NCBI GenBank assembly: GCA_039803745.1
Contig: JBDRZD010000049.1
Span: forward strand, 1-11,870
From: a candidate division WOR-3 bacterium
Lineage (GTDB): Bacteria > Hydrothermota > Hydrothermia > Hydrothermales > Hydrothermaceae
Reading direction: 5' to 3'
DNA: 11,870 nt
A program made the position numbers and the translations under genes. Shown here in pieces: positions 1 to 8,283 of this stretch. Each line of letters opens with the position of its first letter. Within the stretch, counting starts at the first letter, position 1. Below the pieces are notes generated by a model. It made no database searches. It was given only the letters and a program-made list of their open reading frames with translations, and was not told where the DNA came from.

Positions 1-15
1 AGTTAAAATTTAACT

Positions 16-1152
16 ATGAAATTTTCAGAAAGAGTTGAAAAATTTCCTCTTTATTTTTTTGAAGAAATTGATAGGTTAAAAAAGGAATATGGGGAAGAAG
101 TTATTGATTTTGGAATTGGTGATCCTGACATTCCCACAGATGAAAGAATAATTGAAGCACTTTGTAAGGCGGCAAAAAATCCAAGATATCATAAATATTC
201 ACCATATCAGGGTTTTAAAGAATTAAGAAAAAAAGTAAAAGAATGGTATGAGAAAAGGTTTGAGGTAGCGCTTAATGAAGATGAAGAAGTTCTTATTCTT
301 ATAGGGAGTAAAGAAGGTCTATCCCATCTTCCTTATGTAATCATTGATGAAGGAGATTATGCAATAATTCCTTCTCCTTCTTATCCTGCATATAAAAATT
401 CCTGCAAAATGGCAGGTGCAGAGATATTTGAAATATTTTTAAAAGAGGATAATGATTTCTATCCTGATTTATCCTTGATACCTGAAGAAATTCTTAATAA
501 AACAAAGGTTTTTTATATAAATTATCCTAACAATCCAACAGGACAGACAACAAATCCAGAATTCTTTAAAGAAATTTTAAAAATTGCACAAAGATACGAT
601 TTTTTAGTTGTAAATGATTTTGTTTATTCAGAAATTTATTACAAAGAACCTACTGAAAGCATTTTAAAATATGATAGGAATAAGGAATTTTCTATTGAAT
701 TCCATTCTTTTTCAAAAACCTTTAATATGACAGGATGGAGACTTGGATTTTGCTGCGGTAATAAAAAAGTAATAGAGAATTTATTAAAATTTAAATCAGT
801 AATTGATAATTCCCAATTTGGTGCAATTCAGGAAGCAGGAATGGTTGCCCTTGCGCTCATAGATGAGATAGGGGAAAAAATGAGAGAAATTTATAAAAAA
901 AGAAAAGAGAAAATTTTAGAATTTTTAAAAAGAAAAAAAATAAAATTTTTTGAACCTAAAGCAACATTTTATATATGGATAAAAACTCCTTATTCTTCCT
1001 ATGAATTTTGTATAGATACTTTAAAAAATACTAAAGTTTTGATAATTCCCGGTGATGGATTTGGTGAAGGTGGAAAAGGATTTGCAAGGTTTTCTTTAAC
1101 AATTTCTGACGAAAAAATAGAAGAGGGGATTAAAAGGCTTGAAAGAATATAA
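16..1152 (+). CDS. dapL: PLP-dependent aminotransferase class I/II, probably LL-diaminopimelate aminotransferase (DapL-like)
   Basis: 378-aa ORF with DFGIGDPD, GSKEG, NYPNNPTG, DFVYSEI, the PLP-lysine motif SFSKTFNMTGWRLG and PGDGFG..GKGFARFSL. The family is secure; the DapL assignment is inferred from overall pattern and adjacency to aspartate kinase. Confidence 0.7.
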   Translation: MKFSERVEKFPLYFFEEIDRLKKEYGEEVIDFGIGDPDIPTDERIIEALCKAAKNPRYHKYSPYQGFKELRKKVKEWYEKRFEVALNEDEEVLILIGSKEGLSHLPYVIIDEGDYAIIPSPSYPAYKNSCKMAGAEIFEIFLKEDNDFYPDLSLIPEEILNKTKVFYINYPNNPTGQTTNPEFFKEILKIAQRYDFLVVNDFVYSEIYYKEPTESILKYDRNKEFSIEFHSFSKTFNMTGWRLGFCCGNKKVIENLLKFKSVIDNSQFGAIQEAGMVALALIDEIGEKMREIYKKRKEKILEFLKRKKIKFFEPKATFYIWIKTPYSSYEFCIDTLKNTKVLIIPGDGFGEGGKGFARFSLTISDEKIEEGIKRLERI

Positions 1153-2359
1153 GATAAGAGTATTAAAATTTGGGGGAAGTTCAGTTGCAAGAATAAATTT
1201 TATAAAGAGAATTGCTTCAATGATAAAAAAATTAAGAGAAGAGGGGATATTTCCTGTAATTGTTGTCTCTGCAATGGGTGATACAACAGATAAACTCTTA
1301 TATATGGCTAAAAAGATTTCAAAAAATCCTGATAAAAGGGAACTTGATATGCTTCTTTCATCAGGAGAAAGAATATCAATGGCGCTACTTGCAATGGCTC
1401 TAAGAGAAAAAGGTGTGCCTGCAAGGTCATTCACAGGTTCACAGGTCGGAATAATAACTGATACAAGACATGGAAATGCGAGAATAATTGATATAAAATG
1501 TGAAAGAATTAAGGAGGCAATTAAAAAAGGAGAAGTTCCCATAATTGCAGGGTTTCAAGGAATAAGTCTTGAAAAAGAGGTAACAACCCTTGGAAGAGGA
1601 GGAAGTGATTTAACTGCTGTTGCAATTGCAAAGGCATTGAATTTAAAAGAAGTTTATATTTATACTGATGTGGATGGTGTTTATACTTTTGATCCAAAAT
1701 TACTTAAAAAGCCAAAAAGGATTGAAAGACTTTCATATGAAGAGATGCTTGAATTTTCAAAATATGGGGCAAAAGTTTTGCATGATAGGGCTGTTTCACT
1801 TGCAGGTAAGGAAGGGATTATAATAAAAGTTCTTTCTTCTTTTAATTCAAAAGGAGGAACTATTATTGAGGAAATAAAATATATGGAAAAAAGAGAAGTA
1901 AAAGGGATGACATTGGATAAGGATAATACTCTTTTTTTAATGAAAGATGTTCCTTTGAATCCAGAATACGTCTCTCAGGTTTTAACCCGTCTTGCAGAAA
2001 ACGGAATAAATGTTAAAATTTTTCTTCATGGAATCCCTTTAAAAAATAAGTTTGATATGAGTTTTGTTGTTTCAAAAGATGAGGATGAAAAAACTGAGAA
2101 TCTGTTAAAAAAATTTTTAAAAGAACTTAAAGGAGAAAATCTTATAAAAAAGAAAAACCTTTCAATTTTGTCACTCATTGGTTATGGAATAGGTGAAGAT
2201 ACCAGTATAATTAAAAAAGTGCTTGAAATATTTGCAAGAGAAGAAGTGCATATTGAGGGATTTTTTCCTTCACAGGTCAGGGTTTCATTTTTATTTTCAA
2301 AGAAAAATGTAAAAAGAATAATTAAAGAAATAGCAAGAGAATTCAATCTTTCTAAATGA
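1139..2359 (+). CDS. lysC: Aspartate kinase (kinase domain plus two C-terminal ACT domains)
   Basis: Motifs VLKFGGSSV, VVSAMGDTTD, SSGERIS, AGFQG, TTLGRGGSDLTA, YTDVDGVYT.DP and GAKVLH. TTG start overlaps the upstream gene, with a GAGGGG SD-like sequence upstream. Confidence 0.95.
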   Translation: MKEYKIRVLKFGGSSVARINFIKRIASMIKKLREEGIFPVIVVSAMGDTTDKLLYMAKKISKNPDKRELDMLLSSGERISMALLAMALREKGVPARSFTGSQVGIITDTRHGNARIIDIKCERIKEAIKKGEVPIIAGFQGISLEKEVTTLGRGGSDLTAVAIAKALNLKEVYIYTDVDGVYTFDPKLLKKPKRIERLSYEEMLEFSKYGAKVLHDRAVSLAGKEGIIIKVLSSFNSKGGTIIEEIKYMEKREVKGMTLDKDNTLFLMKDVPLNPEYVSQVLTRLAENGINVKIFLHGIPLKNKFDMSFVVSKDEDEKTENLLKKFLKELKGENLIKKKNLSILSLIGYGIGEDTSIIKKVLEIFAREEVHIEGFFPSQVRVSFLFSKKNVKRIIKEIAREFNLSK

Positions 2360-3708
2360 GAAAAATAAAACCAGCACTATTTATACTCTTTGGGTACCTA
2401 TTTATAATTTTTTCAGGAACAATAATTCTGCTTCTTCCATTTTCAAGAAAAGGAAATTTAAGTTTTATTGATGCACTCTTTACAGCAACTTCTGCAACAT
2501 GTGTTACAGGATTGATTGTAAAGGATACAGAAAAGTTTTTCACACCTTTTGGTAAAATTATAATTCTTATTTTAATTCAAATTGGTGGACTTGGCTATGT
2601 AACACTTGTATTTTTAATTACAAGGCTTATGGGAAGGAAGATACCCTATTTTTTAAAATTAACTGCTCTTGAGAGTTTTGAAAAATTAGACCTTTCAAGT
2701 GTATGGTTTTTCTTTAAAAGAATTTTGCTTTTTTCTCTATTTATTGAATTCGTTTTTTTTATTTATTTTTTTATTTTTTTATTGATAAATAATTATTCAC
2801 CCCTATACTCACTTTTTCATTCAATATTTCATACAGTTTCAGCCTTTTGTAATGCAGGTTTTTCATCATTCTCAGAAAATTTATCAGGATTTTCAAAGTT
2901 TCCTCTTTTTTATCTTCCCATTTCTTTTTTATTTATTCTTGGAGGATTGGGTTTTCCTGTAATTGATGATTTTTATATGAAAATATTTAAAAAGGAAAAA
3001 AGAAAATTATCGCATCATTCAAGAGTTGTAATAAAGACTACAATTTTTTTGATATTAACGGGATGGATTTATATATTTTTAATGGAATACAAAAATTCCC
3101 TTTCAAATTTCAATTTTTTTGAAAAAATAGGGATTTCATTTTTTCATGCAGTAACTCCAAGAACAGCAGGTTTTAATTTAATAAACATATCTCTTTTCCA
3201 TCCTTCAACACTTCTTTTTATAATATTTTTAATGATGATTGGGGGTTCACCAGGTGGAACAGCAGGTGGATTTAAAACAACAGTTTTTGCCTATTTTTCG
3301 GCATGGGTAAGAAGTGTTATAAAAGGTGAAGAAGAAGTTATTTTAAGAGAGAGATTTGTAAATAAGGAAGAAATTTTAAGAGCATTTTCAATCATACTCT
3401 TTTATATCTCATTTTCTTTAATAAGCCTTTTCTTTTTACTTATAACAGAATATAAAGTATACAACAATAGAGGATTTTTACCAATACTATTTGAAATATT
3501 CAGTGCCCTTGGAACAGTTGGACTTTCAACAGGCTCTTCAAAAGTTTCTAATTTAAGTCTTGCACATGATTTCTCAATTTATGGTAAATTGATTCTTATA
3601 ATTCTTATGTTTTCTGGAAGAGCGGGAATGCTAACCTTATATTCAGCCTTTATAAAAAAGAAAAAATTACCTTATAAATATCCTGAGGCAGAATGTTATC
3701 TTGCTTAA
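2356..3708 (+). CDS. ktrB: KtrB/TrkH-family potassium uptake membrane subunit
   Basis: Very hydrophobic 450 aa with four pore-loop motifs (SATCVTGL, SAFCNAGFS, PRTAGF, SALGTVGLSTG), the intramembrane loop GGSPGGTAGGFK and the gate Arg in MFSGRAG. ATGA overlap with lysC. Confidence 0.92.
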   Translation: MRKIKPALFILFGYLFIIFSGTIILLLPFSRKGNLSFIDALFTATSATCVTGLIVKDTEKFFTPFGKIIILILIQIGGLGYVTLVFLITRLMGRKIPYFLKLTALESFEKLDLSSVWFFFKRILLFSLFIEFVFFIYFFIFLLINNYSPLYSLFHSIFHTVSAFCNAGFSSFSENLSGFSKFPLFYLPISFLFILGGLGFPVIDDFYMKIFKKEKRKLSHHSRVVIKTTIFLILTGWIYIFLMEYKNSLSNFNFFEKIGISFFHAVTPRTAGFNLINISLFHPSTLLFIIFLMMIGGSPGGTAGGFKTTVFAYFSAWVRSVIKGEEEVILRERFVNKEEILRAFSIILFYISFSLISLFFLLITEYKVYNNRGFLPILFEIFSALGTVGLSTGSSKVSNLSLAHDFSIYGKLILIILMFSGRAGMLTLYSAFIKKKKLPYKYPEAECYLA

Positions 3709-3711
3709 CTC

Positions 3712-3740
3712 TTGACAAAAATTTTTTTTAAAAGTATTAT
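3712..3740 (+). promoter_or_regulatory. Sigma70-type promoter of groESL
   Basis: TTGACA (3712-3717), 17-nt spacer, TATTAT (3735-3740) in the intergenic gap. SD AAAGGAGG at 3773-3780 precedes the groES ATG at 3788. Confidence 0.85.
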
Positions 3741-3787
3741 TTAAATTCTTCATTTCAAGGTCAATTGAACTTAAAGGAGGTTTAAGT

Positions 3788-4096
3788 ATGGCAAAAACTA
3801 AAAAAATCGGGGTAAAACCCCTTGCTGATAGGGTTCTTATAAAAAGGATTGAGGAAGAGGAAGTCAAAAAGGGTGGAATAATAATTCCTGATACTGCAAA
3901 GGAAAAACCACAAAAAGGTGAAGTTATTGCTGTTGGTCCTGGAAGACTTGATGAAAATGGTAAAAGAATTCCTATGGAAGTTAAAGAAGGTGATAAAGTT
4001 CTTTTCTCAAAATACGCAGGAACAGAGGTGAAGATTGGTGAAGAAGAATATTTAATAATGAGAGAGGATGATATACTTGCAATAATTGAAGAGTGA
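3788..4096 (+). CDS. groES: Co-chaperonin GroES (Cpn10)
   Basis: Motifs [52 protein letters not shown] and [13 protein letters not shown]; strong SD. Confidence 0.99.
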   Translation: MAKTKKIGVKPLADRVLIKRIEEEEVKKGGIIIPDTAKEKPQKGEVIAVGPGRLDENGKRIPMEVKEGDKVLFSKYAGTEVKIGEEEYLIMREDDILAIIEE

Positions 4097-4106
4097 AAGG
4101 AGGTAG

Positions 4107-5738
<1,632 letters not shown>

Positions 5739-5748
5739 AGGAGGAAGA

Positions 5749-6012
5749 ATGCCAGTTTATGAATATGAATGTGAAAATTGTGGGAAAAGAATAGAGTTTT
5801 TTTTAATGGGTAGAGAAAAAGAGCCTGAGAAATGTGAAGACTGTGGAGGAAGTTTGAGAAGATTAATTTCAGGTGGAGTTGGGTTCATATTTAAGGGTTC
5901 TGGTTTTTATGCAACTGATTATAAGAAAAATAGCAATGAAAAGGAAAGTGGAGAAAGTTCAAAAAGTTCCTGCTCCTCCTGTTCAGGAGGGAATTGCTCA
6001 ACCTGTAAATGA
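5749..6012 (+). CDS. FmdB-family zinc-ribbon protein (CxxC-CxxC-SSSS type putative regulator)
   Basis: MPVYEYECENCG...CEDCGG...FIFKGSGFYATDY followed by a Ser-rich tail ending in CSSCSGGNCSTC; SD AGGAGG upstream. Confidence 0.9.
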   Translation: MPVYEYECENCGKRIEFFLMGREKEPEKCEDCGGSLRRLISGGVGFIFKGSGFYATDYKKNSNEKESGESSKSSCSSCSGGNCSTCK

Positions 6013-6848
6013 AAAGTAAAGAGATAGATTTAGGTAAGTTTAAAATAGGAGGGGGAAGTTTCTTTTTTGTTGGTGGTCCTTGCGTTATAGAAAGTGAAGA
6101 TATAGTATTTGAGACTGCTGAGAAAATAAAAGAAATAGGTAAAGAACTTGAAATAAATTGTATATTTAAATCTTCTTATTTAAAGGATAACAGGTCTTCA
6201 GAAGAAAGTTATCAAGGGCCGGGAATTGACAAAGGTCTTGAAATACTCAAAAAAGTTAAAGAAAAAACAGGATTGCCTGTTCTTTCAGATGTTCATTCTG
6301 TAAATGAAGTTGAAAAGGCAAAAGAAGTCCTTGATATATTACAACTTCCTGCCTTTTTATCAATGCAAACATCCTTAACAATTGCACTTGCTAAAACAAA
6401 TAAGCCAATAAATGTTAAAAAAGGACAATTTTTATCTCCTCATAGTGTTAAAAATATAATAGGTAAAATAGAAAGACAGGGAAATAAAAATATAATTTTG
6501 ACTGAAAGGGGAAACTTTTTTGGTTATAATAATCTCATTGTTGATATGCGCTCAATTAAAATACTCAAATCCTTTGGATATCCTGTTTTGATTGATGCAG
6601 GACATTCTGTAAGAATGTATGGAATACCTTCTTCAGCACCTGAGGGTGGAATGCCAGAATTCATTCCTTTAATTGCAAGAGCAGGGATTGCAGCAGGTGC
6701 TGATGGATTATTTTTAGAAGTTCATCCAGAGCCAAAATGTGCATTATGTGATGCATCAACTCAGTTTCCGCTTTCAAAATTAAAGGATTTGCTTTTGTTT
6801 TTAAGAGATTTACACGAATTTGTAAATAAAAGATTAGATTCTTTATAA
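6009..6848 (+). CDS. kdsA: KdsA-like 3-deoxy-8-phosphooctulonate synthase, metal-dependent type, divergent
   Basis: Motifs GPCVIES, FKSSY.K.NRSS, DVH, QLPAFL..QT, NVKKGQF, LTERG..FGYNNLIVD, D..HSV and FLEVHPEP..ALCDA. Putative Cys/His/Glu/Asp metal ligands are present. ATGA overlap with the upstream gene. Confidence 0.88.
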   Translation: MKSKEIDLGKFKIGGGSFFFVGGPCVIESEDIVFETAEKIKEIGKELEINCIFKSSYLKDNRSSEESYQGPGIDKGLEILKKVKEKTGLPVLSDVHSVNEVEKAKEVLDILQLPAFLSMQTSLTIALAKTNKPINVKKGQFLSPHSVKNIIGKIERQGNKNIILTERGNFFGYNNLIVDMRSIKILKSFGYPVLIDAGHSVRMYGIPSSAPEGGMPEFIPLIARAGIAAGADGLFLEVHPEPKCALCDASTQFPLSKLKDLLLFLRDLHEFVNKRLDSL

Positions 6849-6849
6849 T
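6820..6849 (+). promoter_or_regulatory. Probable sigma70-type promoter for tRNA-Ala, inside the kdsA 3' end
   Basis: TTGTAA (6820-6825), 18-nt spacer, TATAAT (6844-6849), ending 12 nt before the tRNA. The AT-rich background lowers specificity. Confidence 0.5.
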
Positions 6850-6861
6850 TTAAAATCTTTT

Positions 6862-6933
6862 GGGGCTGTAGCTCAGCGGGAGAGCACCTGGTTTGCAACC
6901 AGGGGGTCGGGAGTTCAAATCTCCCCAGCTCCA
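6862..6933 (+). tRNA. tRNA-Ala (anticodon TGC), CCA not encoded
   Basis: Acceptor stem GGGGCTG/CAGCTCC with the G3:U70 Ala identity pair; D arm GCTC/GAGC; anticodon stem CCTGG/CCAGG with loop TTTGCAA (TGC at 6894-6896); T loop TTCAAAT; discriminator A6933 followed by TTA. Confidence 0.97.
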
Positions 6934-6938
6934 TTATT

Positions 6939-7508
6939 TTGAATTTCAAAAATTTTGTTTTTATATTCATTTTTTTATTTTCCTGCTCAAATTCTTCTCT
7001 TTATGTTGATAGAGTAATAGATGGTGATACATTTGTTCTTGAAAATGGGGAAAAAGTAAGGATTCTGGGTATTGATGCCCCTGAGAAAGGCGAGCCATTT
7101 TCAGATAGTGCAACAATTTTTATTGAAGAATTAATTTTAAACAAAAAAGTTAAACTTGAATATGATTTACAGAAATATGATAAATATGGAAGAGTTCTTG
7201 CCTATGTATTCTTTGATAAAAAATTTTTGAATGAAGAAATTTTAAAAAGAGGGTTTGCCTGGGTTTATATTATTCCTCCAAATTTTAAATACTTCCATAG
7301 ATTAAAAATTGCAGAAGAAAAGGCGAAGAAAGAAAAAAAAGGATTATGGGGTAAACCCTATTATGTGGCATCAAAAAAAGGTAAAAAATTTCATGCCTTC
7401 TGGTGCCCGTCATCTAAAAGGATTGCGGAAAAAAATAGAATAATTTTTAAGTCAAGAGAAGAGGCAATTAAAAGGGGATATAAACCTTCAGGAGATTGTA
7501 ATCCATAA
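6939..7508 (+). CDS. Thermonuclease (SNase-like) lipoprotein with a C-terminal Ada-type metal-binding-like domain
   Basis: Hydrophobic N-terminus with lipobox-like LFSC; SNase motifs RVIDGDT, VRILGIDAPE, DKYGRVLAYV, LNEEILKRGFA and KKGLW; tail YVAS..KKFH..WC..FKSREEAIKRGYKP..CNP. TTG start. Confidence 0.88.
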   Translation: MNFKNFVFIFIFLFSCSNSSLYVDRVIDGDTFVLENGEKVRILGIDAPEKGEPFSDSATIFIEELILNKKVKLEYDLQKYDKYGRVLAYVFFDKKFLNEEILKRGFAWVYIIPPNFKYFHRLKIAEEKAKKEKKGLWGKPYYVASKKGKKFHAFWCPSSKRIAEKNRIIFKSREEAIKRGYKPSGDCNP

Positions 7509-7535
7509 AAAGTTTATCTATATAATAATAATCTT

Positions 7536-7859
7536 ATGAAATTTTTTAATTTTTTGATTTACTTTTTAACTTTATCCTTTTTCTTTTTTATTCTTATTTT
7601 TAAAAAAGAAGAGAAAAATAAAGGAGCGCCTTATGAAGGTGGCGCACCTTCAGATTATAATTTAAATATAAAAGTTGAAATAAAATTTCTCAAAATTGTT
7701 ATTTTATTTTTGATTTTAAATACATCTATAGTTTATCTTTTACCATGGGCTTATAAACTGGAAAAGATGGGATTTTTTGGTTTATTTTTTGGTCTTATAT
7801 TTTTATTCATTTTACTTTTTTCTTATTTTTACATTTTAAGAGAAAAAGGAATTGAATAA
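7536..7859 (+). CDS. nuoA: NADH-quinone oxidoreductase subunit A-like (NuoA), divergent
   Basis: Three hydrophobic segments, loop motif PYEGG (canonical PYECG/PYESG) and LFLI...YLLPWA; lies directly upstream of nuoB. Confidence 0.8.
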   Translation: MKFFNFLIYFLTLSFFFFILIFKKEEKNKGAPYEGGAPSDYNLNIKVEIKFLKIVILFLILNTSIVYLLPWAYKLEKMGFFGLFFGLIFLFILLFSYFYILREKGIE

Positions 7860-8283
7860 GAGTATATTTTGGAGTAAATTGGATAAATTTGTTTCATGGT
7901 CAAGGAGTCTTTCATTATCAGTGAATTTATTTCCTCAAGGATGCTGTGGAGTTCAAATTTTATCAATAATTTCTTCGGAATTTGATTTAAAAGTTTCTCC
8001 AAGAGGGGCGGATTTACTGATAGTTGCAGGACCAATTTCAAAGAAGATGGTTCCTTTTATAAAAAGAATATATGAGCAAATGCCTTATCCAAAATGGGTG
8101 ATAGGATTTGGAGCCTGTGCATTAACAGGTGGTCCTTTTTATAGAAGTTATTCTGTTTTAAAATGTTTAGATGAAATAATACCGGTTGATTTTTATGTTT
8201 CGGGTTGCCCTCCTTCTTTTGATTCCTTAATCAAGGCAATTAATATGATCCAGGAAAAAATAAGAAAGGAGAAAGGAATTTGA
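7852..8283 (+). CDS. nuoB: NADH-quinone oxidoreductase subunit B-like (NuoB, N2 cluster)
   Basis: Tandem Cys GCCG, SPRGADLLIVAG, YEQMPYPKWVIGFGACALTGG and VDFYVSGCPP. TTG start overlaps nuoA by 8 nt. Confidence 0.93.
   Translation: MNKSIFWSKLDKFVSWSRSLSLSVNLFPQGCCGVQILSIISSEFDLKVSPRGADLLIVAGPISKKMVPFIKRIYEQMPYPKWVIGFGACALTGGPFYRSYSVLKCLDEIIPVDFYVSGCPPSFDSLIKAINMIQEKIRKEKGI

Noticed and set aside
999..2543. Minus-strand ORFs 999-1190, 1096-1542 and 2352-2543
   Set aside because: Antisense shadows of well-supported genes, with no recognisable motifs.
2750..2785. Poly-T tracts in ktrB (also in nuoA) and poly-A runs elsewhere as phase-variation or terminator signals
   Set aside because: Explained by Phe/Ile/Lys codons in an AT-rich genome; frames are intact and no GC stem precedes them.
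6761..6970. Minus-strand 69-aa ORF containing ELGRFELPTPWLQTRCS
   Set aside because: Typical artefact of translating the reverse complement of a tRNA gene.
6862..7530. tRNA-Ala as an integration site with the nuclease as island cargo
   Set aside because: No integrase, no duplicated tRNA 3' end and no obvious compositional break in the window.
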